Source: Eledone cirrhosa
Taxonomy: Eukaryota
Reading direction: 5' to 3'
Assembly (NCBI GenBank): GCA_964016885.1
Contig: OZ024763.1
Location: forward strand, 23,188,001-23,252,000
Length of the DNA: 64,000 nt
In this document: piece by piece, positions 30,091-41,367 of the stretch
How positions within the stretch are numbered: position 1 is the stretch's first letter
Layout of the letters: the number at the start of each line of letters is the position of its first letter
Program-made: the position numbers and the translations under genes
The notes under the pieces: generated by a model
What the model was told of the DNA's origin: nothing
Databases searched by the model: none
Seen by the model: the letters and a program-made list of their open reading frames with translations, nothing else

Positions 30091-30993
30091 TCTAAGAACG
30101 TAGACTTTATATGTGGCCAATGCTCAGGTGCAATAGGTAGCAAGTGTCCACAGGATACTAGCCACTTCTATTGCCCAGATGGTTCTATAGAAATAGTAGA
30201 CACTTTCTGTTACCTGGGTGACGAAATCAGCAGTGATGAAGAGTGTTCTGAAAGTACAGTAGCCAGAGTCAGAACGGGATGGAAAAGTTCAGAGAGCTTA
30301 TACCGCTGTTGGCCACAAAAGGTTTCTCTCTAAAAATGAAAGGCAGATTGTATGATGCTTGTATACGAACAGCAATGCTACATGGCAGTGAGACATGGGC
30401 ATTGTGTGCAGAGGACCTGCGTAGACTGGAAAGGAACGAAGCATGCATGCTCCGTTGGATGTGTAATAGTAATATACGTGAACGGCAAAGCATAAATGAA
30501 CTAAGTGAGAAATTAGGAATAAGAGGGATCAGATGCTGTTTACTCGAGAGAAGACTACGTTGGTATGGCCACGTGATGCGCATGAAAGACGACAGCTGTA
30601 TAAAAAAGTGCAGGGCGATCAAAATTGATGGTAGTTACGGAGTAGGTAGACCCAGAAAAACCTTGGACGACACCCTCTCTCTATAAAGTTGGTACCACAA
30701 CATCCAGTCCAAATAAATGAGATAATGAGATCGAGATCGTGTAGGTGTCACGAGAAAAAAACACAGTCCACACCGTAATGTGGCCGTGTAGGTCACACGG
30801 TAAAAAGTTCCCAGTTCCACACTGTAAATGTGTTGGTGTTAGGAAGGGCATCCAGCCATAGAAAACCTGCCAGATAGTCCTATATGAGCGAGACACGGTC
30901 ACCCGACCAACCTTGCCTCAAGTGGGACAACTCCCGTCTAACCCATGCTAGTGTGGAAAGTGGACGTTAAATGAAGATGATGATGATAATGAT
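30091..30993 (+). mobile_element. 5'-truncated RTE-clade LINE (RT C-terminus and 3' UTR, internally deleted; subfamily A)
   Basis: FCYLG..ARVRTGW/KFRELIPLL..LYDACIRTAMLHGSETW..RLRWYGHVMRM..GRPRKT with a frameshift; (GAT)n tail. Confidence 0.9.
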
Positions 30994-31039
30994 GGTGTAT
31001 ATATATATGTATATATATATGTATATATATATGTATATA

Positions 31040-31090
<51 letters not shown>

Positions 31091-31127
31091 CTATATATGT
31101 ATATATATGTATATATATATATATATA

Positions 31128-31809
31128 TGTATAAAGAATCAAAAAGAACAGAAAGATGCAGTAAAAGAGGTTTATTCGGTTCTAACGTACGTTTCAATAG
31201 ACATCAATTTGCCTAGATCTCGCTGCATCTATAATATTATATAGTTAGTAGAACATTCGACATCCAATGCACAATTGATTCCATATCATCAGATCTCTGA
31301 TGATATGGAATCAATTGTGCATTGGATGTCGAATGTTCTACTAACTATATAATTGTTTCTACTTTTGGCACATGGCCAGCAATTACCCAGTACATTACTG
31401 GTACTTTATTTTATCGACCCCGTAAGGATGAAAGGCAAAGTCAACCTCGGCGGGATTTGAACTCAGATCGTAAAGGGACGTAACTCTGCTGGAAAGCATG
31501 GCGTCCGACCCTCTACCGACACTGCCAATCCACCGCCCGTTCTACTAACTATATAATATTATAGATGCAGCGAGATCTAGGCAAATTGATGTCTATTGAA
31601 ACGTACGTTAGAACCGAATAAACCTCTTTTACTGCATCTTTCTGTTCTTTTTGATTCTTTATACAGGCCCCGGAGTATAGCTAAACTGGAATATACACCT
31701 ATTTTCTGCATTTCGTTGAGCACCACTATGTTCTAAGCTGACCTTCCCCTACACGGTACATAACACAGTGTCCTAGAAAACCTTAATGCACTCGTGCATA
31801 ACCAATTAT
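31128..31809. mobile_element. Fold-back HHR-containing element (probable PLE pLTR derivative), 166-bp inverted arms
   Basis: 31128-31293 is the reverse complement of 31296-31665 once the SINE is removed. Right arm reads tct-CTGATGA(31297)...GAAA(31598)-cgtacg-TT-aga. Confidence 0.85.
31354..31538 (-). mobile_element. Full-length OK-like SINE with 19-bp target-site duplication
   Basis: TSD GTTCTACTAACTATATAAT at 31335-31353 and 31539-31557. Confidence 0.93.
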
Positions 31810-31831
31810 ATATATATATATATATATATAC

Positions 31832-31906
<75 letters not shown>

Positions 31907-31914
31907 CACACACA

Positions 31915-32253
31915 TGGAGGCACATGGCTTAGTGGTTAGAGCATTGGCCTTGCAATCGAAAGGTTGTGAGTTCAATTCTCAGACCAGGTGATGTGTTGTT
32001 TCCTTGAGCAAGACACTTTATTTCACATTGCTCCAGTTCACTCAACTATAGAAATGAGATGATAGGACTGGGGTCCCTATCATTCCACTGCAAAGTGGTC
32101 GTGGAGGTGCTATAGCAAAAAAGCACCCAGCACTCACTGTAAATGAGGTTGGTGTTGGGAAGGGCATCCAGCTGTAGAAATCAAGTCAGAATCACTTCCC
32201 GTCCCACCCTTGCAAGCAGGGAACAGCGGATGTCAAATGATGATGATGATGAC
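31915..32253 (+). mobile_element. tRNA-headed CORE-like SINE with RTE-derived tail
   Basis: A box TGGCTTAGTGG, B box GAGTTCAATTC, CCTTGAGCAAGACACTTT core, and tail CCCACCCTTGCAAGCAGGGAA..(GAT)n matching RTE 3' ends in the window. Confidence 0.88.
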
Positions 32254-32385
32254 ACCCATAGATATATATATATAAATATATATATATATACATACATATA
32301 TACATATATATATATAAAAATAAAATTAGAATTTTATTTCTCACCCTAGCAGAGCTGATACATAAATGTAAGTATGCATACACAC

Positions 32386-32770
32386 TAGAGTGACCCTTAT
32401 TTTTCAACTTTCTAAGAGTTTTCCTCCCACTCCCCCTACCTCGTTCCAAAAAACAAAACACTAATCGGTACAAAACTTTAGCTCCAGGGGACAACTGCAA
32501 GGCGACCCTCATCGACTGTGAAAGTTTGAAGTTTTTGCCTGGAAAGTCATTTTTTCAGATAAAAATATTTTTATCTCTTATATAATTTTCTCTTAAATGA
32601 AAAACTTGTTCAAACTTATTCTTGGTATTACAAGGATAAGTGACAATAAATATACTGGGAAAGGCAACTTGCAAAGCTGGGGACAGAGTGCAGGTATAGG
32701 GTAAACACCTATTTTTCGCTGTGGCAGCAGCAAAATTTTAACTTTCGGAAAATTACCTAGGGCCACCCTA
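32386..32770. mobile_element. Non-autonomous hAT-like (hATm-type) DNA transposon, ~385 bp
   Basis: Termini TAGAGTGACCC...GGGCCACCCTA. The subterminal GGCGACCCTC segment has an inverted match at ~33690-33745. Degenerate 8-bp flanks ATACACAC/ATATACAT. Confidence 0.6.
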
Positions 32771-33109
32771 ATATACATATATCTGTATGTGGTTGACAGC
32801 TGAGAGAAATGAGTACTGGGTATTGAGTAATATATATATATATGATATGTATATATATATATATGTATATATATACTCTCCTTATTATCTTTGCTTTCAT
32901 ATTTCTCCTTGCTCCCCTTTTCTCATTGTATTTGTATATAAACAAGTACATTGATACAAGGAGAAAAGGAGAGCAATGAGAGCAAGGAGAAAGGAGAGCA
33001 AGGAGAGCAAAGAGAGGTTAAAGCAAATATTGTTAAGGCAAGTATTGCTCAAGTTATGCTGGAAGCAGACAAAGGTGAAAAAATTAACGGAAGAGGTATT
33101 TTCTGCACC

Positions 33110-33823
33110 AAAATGACTTTTCTTTTTATTACAAACATCAAGTTTTCAACATGGAAGGATGATCCTGATTACAAAAGTGGACTTGAAAAACTTGAGAAGA
33201 CAGTTGTTGTGAATGATGTTGCAGAAAAAGGTGTCAAACTCATTCAGGATTACAATAACATTCTCACAAAAGATAAAACTGAGAAACAATTTGTTTTACA
33301 GATCGTTACTGAAAACCGTAAAACACACCCAACTGCCACTAAATCCTCTCTTATGCAAAAATGATTGTTTCTACTATTGTTCAATATTCAGTGTTCAGTG
33401 TTCACATTATGTTTTTGATTCTATAGAAATTATTTTTGTAAATAAAAATACATTTCTCTTAAGTTGTGTGCTTTATTAAGAAAACCTAATATTTTTTAGG
33501 TTTTTCATGTTATTTAAGGAATTTTTCAAATTAACTACTGGTAAATTTGATTCAGAACGTTTTTAAACATTTGCTAGGGTTGCCTGGATGTTTCCACATA
33601 AATTTCTCTCAGAAGAAAAAAGAAAATGGTCGAGATAGGGGACAGTATACTGCTTTTGAATAGAATTAATCGTTGCATATACTATGTTCCAACTTCAAGA
33701 CGATTGAGGGTCGCCTAACAGTTGTTCAATTGAGCTGAAACTTTGCACACCCCGTTTTTATGTTGATTGGAACAGGATTAGGGGGTGGGAGATGCAAAAT
33801 GTTAACTTTCGGAAAATTACCTA
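33110..33823 (+). pseudogene. C-terminal transposase remnant (hAT/hATm-like) plus right subterminal region
   Basis: STWKDDPDYKSGLEKLEKTVVVNDVAEKGVKLIQDYNNILTKD..Q.VLQIV.ENRK (VVND.AE[RK]GVKL motif). End AACTTTCGGAAAATTACCTA matches ~32740-32759. Confidence 0.7.
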
Positions 33824-33838
33824 TTGCTATATATATAT

Positions 33839-34718
33839 ATAATTGGTGTTGGATACTTAAAGCGTCCGTATGCGGTAGGCCGTATGAGCACTCGATGCTC
33901 TCATAGAGCAGAGTATGATACCACAGAAAAAGAGAATCAGTGTTGCGACGAATGGAATTTATTGGACATATTACAATCGTTTCTCTGGCGACCAGCTCGA
34001 GGCACGATCGATGTGGTGCGACCAGCTCGAGGCACGATCGATGTGGTGCGACCAGCTCGAGGCACGATCGATGTGGTGCGACCAGCTCGAGGCACGATCG
34101 ATGTGGTGCGACCAGCTCGAGGCACGATCGATGTGGTGCGACCAGCTCGAGGCACGATCGATGTGGTGCGACCAGCTCGGGGCACGATCGATGTGGTGCG
34201 ACCAGCTCGAGGCACGATCGATGTGGTGCGACCAGCTCGAGGCACGATCGATGTGGTGCGACCAGCTCGAGGCACGATCGATGTGGTGCGACCAGCTCGG
34301 GGCACGATCGATGTGGTGCGACCAGCTCGAGGCACGATCGATGTGGTGCGACCAGCTCGGGGCACGATCGATGTGGTGCGACCAGCTCGAGGCACGATCG
34401 ATGTGGTGCGACCAGCTCGGGGCACGATCGATGTGGTGCGACCAGCTCGGGGCACGATCGATGTGGTGCGACCAGCTCGGGGCACGATCGATGTGGTGCG
34501 ACCAGCTCGGGGCACGATCGATGTGGTGCGACCAGCTCGGGGCACGATCGATGTGGTGCGACCAGCTCGAGGCACGATCGATGTGCTGTGACCAGCTCGA
34601 GGCACGATCAATGTGGTGATCACCACATCGACCGTGCCTCGAGCTGGTCGCCACAGACACGATTGTAATATATCCAATAAATTCCATTCGTCGCAACACT
34701 GATTCTCTTTTTTTCTGT

Positions 34719-34723
<5 letters not shown>
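33839..34723. mobile_element. Fold-back HHR-derived element (same family as 45304-45510) with internal minisatellite
   Basis: Arms start at 33918 and end at 34723, centred on GTGGTGA|TCACCAC (34619/34620). GAAA-cgattg-TA on the minus strand at 33972-33983. Confidence 0.85.
33989..34618. repeat. 30-bp GC-rich minisatellite, 21 copies
   Basis: CGACCAGCTCGRGGCACGATCGATGTGGTG head-to-tail, no spacers. Confidence 0.98.
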
Positions 34724-34775
<52 letters not shown>

Positions 34776-34956
34776 GCACATATATACATATACACGTATG
34801 GGTTCTATTGAATATTAATTATAATATTCGATTTATTTGTAATCCCGATTAAAGCTGTGCTGATGACAAATTGTCATCTGTTTGTTCAACACTGGCTTTG
34901 AGGAACAATCAACATGTTTCTGGGTCATTACCCTTCATCAAGTATGCATACATATG

Positions 34957-34987
<31 letters not shown>

Positions 34988-35136
34988 ACACATATGGGTT
35001 ATATGGAATATTAATATATATATATATATACACACAAATATACATACATATATATGTATGCGTCTACACACGTACATATATATAAAAATAATATATATAT
35101 ATATATATATAAATACGTAATATGCAAACATATGTG

Positions 35137-35270
35137 ATGGGCTTCCTCACAGTTTCTGCCTACCAAATTTTATTCACAAGGCTAGAGTAGAGGCCACATG
35201 TGGAAGGTGTCACGCTGTGCCACTGAAATCCAGGGTCACCACGCGGTTGCAAAACAAACTCCTACTTAAC
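35137..35270 (-). mobile_element. Degraded SINE remnant
   Basis: ATGGGCTTC..CAGTTTC..CTACCAAAT..TCACAAGGCT..AAGGTGTCACGC..ACTGAA resembles octopus CORE-type SINEs (from memory). Confidence 0.45.
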
Positions 35271-35329
35271 TAATTAGCCAGGTTTAAGGTTAATTAATTC
35301 AAATATTTAATGAGCTTTAAGATAATATC

Positions 35330-35409
35330 TTGTAGGTATGTGTGTGTTTGTGTGTATGTCTATGTTTGTGTGTATGTCTATGTTTGTGTGTATGTGTGTG
35401 TTTATGTTT

Positions 35410-35455
<46 letters not shown>

Positions 35456-38170
35456 TTGTGTATTCAGAGTTGTATATGTATGCGTGTGCATGTGTAGCAT
35501 ATGTGTGTGTATGCATATATGTAAATGTGTGTGTATATGTATATATGTGTAGTGTATGTGTGTATATATGTATGTGTAATATAGGCATGTGTGTATATGT
35601 GTAGTACGAATGTGTTTGTGTTTGAGTGTGCTTGCTTTCAGAGTTGTATATGTATGTGTGTGCATATATGTGCAGTATATGCATGTGTAGATGCATATAT
35701 AGAGTATATATGTGTGTATGTGTTTGAGTGTACACATGTGTGCATGTATCCATATATATTACGCGTGTGAGTGTATGTATATATGTGAAGTATGTGTATA
35801 CGTGTTTGAGTGCAGTGTGTGTGTCTATGTGTGTGTATGTATGTGAGTGCAGTGTGTGTGTATATATGGAGTATGTGTATGTGTTTCAGTGTGTGCCTGT
35901 TTGCAAGTATTCATATATAATACATGTGTGTGTATGTATATATGTGCAGTGTGTGTGTGTGTGTTTATGTGCAGTATGTGTGTGTATGTATATATGTGTA
36001 GTGTGTGTGTGTGTGTGTATGTATATATGTGCAGTGTGTGTGTATGCATATATATGTGCAGTGTGTATATATATGAACAGTGTGTGTGTATGTATATATA
36101 TGTGTGTGTGTATGTATATATGTACAGTGTGTGTGTGTATGTATATTTGTACAGTGTGTGTGTATGTATATATGTGCAGTGTGTGTGTATGTATATATAT
36201 GTGCAGTGTGTGTGTATGTATATATATGTGCAGTGTGTGTATATATATGTGCAGTGCGTATGTATATATGTGCAGTGTGTGTGTTTATGTGTGTATGTAT
36301 ATATATATGTGCAGTGTGTGAGCATGTATATATGTGCAGTGTGTGTATGTATACATGTGCAGTATGTGTGTATATGAGCAGTATGTGTGTATATGAGCAG
36401 TATGTGTGTATATGAGCAGTATGTGTGTATATGTGCAGTATGTGTGTATATGAGCAGTGTGTGTATGTATACATGTGCAGTATGTGTGTATATGAGCAGT
36501 ATGTGTGTATATGAGCAGTGTGTGTGTATATGAGCAGTGTGTGTGTATATGAGCAGTGTGTGTGTGTATACATGTGCAGTATGTGTGTATATGAGCAGTA
36601 TGTGTGTATATGAGCAGTGTGTGTATGTATACATGTGCAGTATGTGTGTATATGAGCAGTATGTGTGTATATGAGCAGTGTGTGTGTGTATACATGCGCA
36701 GTATGTGTGTATATGAGCAGTATGTGTGTATATGAGCAGTGTGTGTATGTATACATGTGCAGTATGTGTGTATATGAGCAGTATGTGTGTATATGAGCAG
36801 TGTGTGTGTATATGAGCAGTGTGTGTATGTATACATGTGCAGTATGTGTGTATATGAGCAGTATGTGTGTATATGAGCAGTATGTGTGTATATGAGCAGT
36901 GTGTGTATGTATACATGTGCAGTATGTGTGTATATGAGCAGTATGTGTGTATATGAGCAGTGTGTGTGTGTATATGAGCAGTGTGTGTGTGTATACATGT
37001 GCAGTATGTGTGTATATGAGCAGTGTGTGTATGTATACATGTGCAGTATGTGTGTATATGAGCAGTGTGTGTATGTATACATGTGCAGTATGTGTGTATA
37101 TGAGCAGTATGTGTGTATATGTGTAGTATGTGTGTATATGAGCAGTGTGTGTGTGTATATGAGCAGTATGTGTGTATATGTGTAGTATGTGTGTATATGA
37201 GCAGTATGTGTGTATATGAGCAGTATGTGTGTATATGAGCAGTATGTGTGTATATGTGCAGTATGTGTGTATATGAGCAGTATGTGTGTATATGAGCAGT
37301 GTGTGTGTATATGAGCAGTGTGTGTATGTATACATGTGCAGTATGTGTGTATATGAGCAGTGTGTGTGTATATGAGCAGTGTGTGTATGTATACATGTGC
37401 AGTATGTGTGTATATGAGCAGTGTGTGTGTATATGAGCAGTGTGTGTATGTATACATGTGCAGTATGTGTGTATATGAGCAGTATGTGTGTATATGAGCA
37501 GTATGTGTGTATATGAGCAGTGTGTGTATGTATACATGTGCAGTATGTGTGTATATGAGCAGTATGTGTGTATATGAGCAGTGTGTGTGTGTATATGAGC
37601 AGTGTGTGTGTGTATACATGTGCAGTATGTGTGTATATGAGCAGTGTGTGTATGTATACATGTGCAGTATGTGTGTATATGAGCAGTGTGTGTATGTATA
37701 CATGTGCAGTATGTGTGTATATGAGCAGTGTGTGTATGTATACATGTGCAGTATGTGTGTATATGAGCAGTGTGTGTATGTATATGAGCAGTATGTGTGT
37801 ATATGTGTAGCATGTGTGTATATGAGCAGTGTGTGTGTGTGTATGAGCAGTATGTGTGTATATGAGCAGTATGTGTGTATATGTGCAGTATGTGTGTATA
37901 TGAGCAGTATGTGTGTATATGAGCAGTGTGTGTGTGTATGAGCAGTATGTGTGTATATGAGCAGTGTGTGTGTATATGTGTAGTATGTGTGTATATGAGC
38001 AGTATGTGTGTATGTGTAGTATGTGTGTGTATGAGCAGTATGTGTGTATATGAGCAGTGTGTGTGTATATGAGCAGTATGTGTGTGTATGAGCAGTGTGT
38101 GTGTATATGAGCAGTGTGTGTATGTATACATGTGCAGTATGTGTGTATATGAGCAGTGTGTGTGTGTGTG
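35330..38170. repeat. Compound (TG/TA) microsatellite grading into a ~19-24-bp minisatellite
   Basis: ATATGAGCAGTATGTGTGT and TACATGTGCAG units from ~36320 onward. Confidence 0.95.
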
Positions 38171-38455
38171 AGACCCGTTCCTTCACCCCCTCCCTTCCAT
38201 CTTCCTCTACCGCCACCTCATACTTTCACACAGTTGTTTACATGAGACAAGAGTCTATCAGGCCATTGTCACCCCCACAGCTTCGGGTTGACACATGCTC
38301 GGCTTTCTCGTGGCCTATGCACCAGCCCATCTACTCGTCTCATATGGCCTGGCCTTTCCTTCAAGAAATAAACCACCTCCTCCTCCACACCTCCACTTTG
38401 TTAGGTTTATGTATTACCTCATGCTACCCCCCTCTCATTATCTCTCTCTCTCTCG

Positions 38456-38503
<48 letters not shown>

Positions 38504-38527
38504 CTGTCGTGTGTGTATTTATGTATG

Positions 38528-38578
<51 letters not shown>

Positions 38579-38592
38579 ATATATATATATAT

Positions 38593-38791
38593 GTTTTAAT
38601 ATAGAAGAGCTTCTACAGGACTAGAACTGTTTCATTCGTGAGAAATCATCACGAATCTGATTCCTGGTGATTTCTCACGAATGAAACAGTTCTAGTCCTG
38701 TAGAAACTCTTCTATATTAAAACTTTTATACTCTGCTATGTATTGAGTTCCTTACTTACTGAGGTTACCTGCGATTGAACCCGGAATAACT
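38593..38791. mobile_element. Fold-back HHR element, 65-bp arms centred on 38658
   Basis: ttc-CTGGTGA-tttctcacgaat-GAAA-cag ttctagtc ctg-TA-gaa. The opposite arm reads GTGATGA, so the consensus core is CTGATGA. Flanked by (TA)n. Confidence 0.85.
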
Positions 38792-38808
38792 TTATATATA
38801 TATATTTA

Positions 38809-38906
<98 letters not shown>

Positions 38907-38954
38907 GCAGGGAAAAGCGGACGTAAAATGATCTAAAAAATATATATATATACA

Positions 38955-39290
38955 GAGTACCCGACCTCCCATGGGTACAAGCTGAAGCATATAGACAATA
39001 TGCCCCCACACCCCCCATCGCAAGGTGGTCGTGGAGGTGCCACGGCAAAAAAGCACCCAGCCCACACTGTAAAGTGGTCGTGTAGGCGCCACGGAAAAAA
39101 AGCACCCAGCACTCACTGTAAATGAGGTTGGTGTTAGGAAGGGCATCCAGCTGTAGAAATCAAGCCAAATCAGTTCCTGTATGAGCAAGGCATGGTCAGC
39201 CGACCAGACACTGCCCACAACAGGACAACCCGTCTAACCCATGCTAGCGTGGAAGAACGGACGTAAAACGGTGATGATGATGATGATGAT
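38955..39290 (+). mobile_element. 5'-truncated SINE / RTE 3'-UTR fragment
   Basis: CACTGTAAA..GTTGGTGTTAGGAAGGGCATCCAGC..CCGTCTAACCCATGCTAGCGTGGAA..(GAT)n. Confidence 0.8.
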
Positions 39291-39443
39291 ATATATATAT
39301 ATATATATTTTTAGATCATTTTACGTCTGCTTATATATATATATGTATATGATATGTATGTATATATATGTATTTATGTATATGTGTATATATATATATA
39401 CATATATAAGTATGTATATCATATAGTATATATATGTGTGTGT

Positions 39444-39503
<60 letters not shown>

Positions 39504-39588
39504 GTATATATATGTATATATATATATACACACACACATATATATACATACACATACATATATATATACTATATGATATACATACTTA

Positions 39589-39630
<42 letters not shown>

Positions 39631-40093
39631 TAAATACATATATACACATACATATCATATACATATATATATATATGTACATATACATATATATATATGT
39701 ATATATATACACATACACACATATATGTGTGTGTATATATATACATACACACACACATATATACTATATCATATACATACTTATATATGTATATATATAT
39801 ATATACTCATCCACATAAACGTAGACATATATAAATATACCAACACACACACCGCTCTCATGCTTTCTCCCCCCCCCCCCCGTCCATTCTTATTGCTTTT
39901 TCTCCAATCACTACCCGCCTCTCTCTCTAATTATTCCACCACTGGCGCCACCGCCACCACTGTTTCTCCACCATTTACATCACCCCACCACCACCACCAC
40001 CAACATCTTGATTCCCACTCTCCTACTTTTCATTTCATATTCCTCTCTCTCTTTCTCTACCACTTCTCATAAATTTCCCATCTCATACACCTT

Positions 40094-40125
<32 letters not shown>

Positions 40126-40190
40126 ATTCTCACCCATCCTCCTCTGCACATCACCTCTCTTCTCGTTCCTGTTTCAGTCTTACCAGCTGC

Positions 40191-40221
<31 letters not shown>

Positions 40222-40464
40222 TCGCTCACAAAGCCCACCCCTCTCTCTCTATATATATACATATATAATGATGATGATGATATATATATATGTCACCTTT
40301 AAATTCTTAACAAGCTTCATTAAAATAATTCAGGTCTTTTGTCTTAAATTCTTATTAACGATTATCTGTCAATTCAAAGTCACCATCCTTAACCGTTCAG
40401 TTCCCTCTACTCTCCTCTCTTCCCACATCGATTAATATATACATACATAAATACATATATACAT

Positions 40465-40499
<35 letters not shown>

Positions 40500-41367
40500 A
40501 ATGAGGGAGAAAGAGAGACAGCTAGATAGATAGATATCAGACACGTGCCCAAAGAACTCTACACATTCATATACACACACTCCATATATATAGCTACCGA
40601 AAAGGGCAAACATACTTTCAAATGAAACCAGGGTTGATGTGATTTAGTACCCCGCGATTTTCTCTGCTTGTTCGGATTAATACTTTTATTGAGTATTCTG
40701 TGTTCTAGCTATCTTATTTGACTTTAACTATTTATTACAGCAGATCAAGTTACCCATTCAAGTTATCCAGCACCCTGATCTATATATTTGTATATACATA
40801 TATATATTTATTCAAAGGTAGTTAATATTTTATTAACATTAAACTAATTCTTTTCCTTCAACCAAAGGAAATAGAAAATATACATACATATAATATATAT
40901 ATATATTCATATAAGCGGACTTGACTATATATTAGACAAGATCAAGTAATCAATCCATCTATTTATCCTGTTATTCATCTGTTTATTTAATCCGGTGATA
41001 TTAAAACAAATATCAACGCTTCATTAACATCAAATTAATTGCTTCCTTTAATTAAAGGTACCAACAAAAAAAAATTTGAATATACATACATATATATAAA
41101 CTTACATACTGCACAGACTTGACTTGTAAAACATCAAAAGAAAAATAATATATACAAGAAAAAAAAACATTTAAAAGACAACAACAACAAGAAAGACATT
41201 TTAAAATTGATTTGAGATATTGATTTTTAAGAGTAATTAACTGTAATTAATTACTGGTTAATTGCAACAACATCGATAACGAAGTCAGACTAGAAGAGAA
41301 GAGAAGGACATTTTTGTAAGTAATTATTTTTATATTTGCTTTCTTTCCTAATTATTATCTTGTTTTT

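Noticed and set aside
31915-31990. tRNA-like sequence with A and B boxes (also 48040)
   Set aside because: It is the head of a SINE continuing into the core and LINE tail, not a standalone tRNA gene.
33824-34795. Long ORFs on both strands and a CRISPR-like look of the 30-bp repeat
   Set aside because: The units are contiguous with no spacers and no cas genes. The ORFs arise because the 30-bp unit has no stop codons.
34860-34900. CTGATGA resembling an HHR core or C/D box (also TCATCAG variants in the satellite)
   Set aside because: No properly placed GAAA, stem III or stem I pairing.
35307-38216. His/Thr/Tyr- and Cys/Val-rich ORFs up to 768 aa (also at 39.3, 48.8 and 59-60 kb)
   Set aside because: Dinucleotide microsatellite translations.
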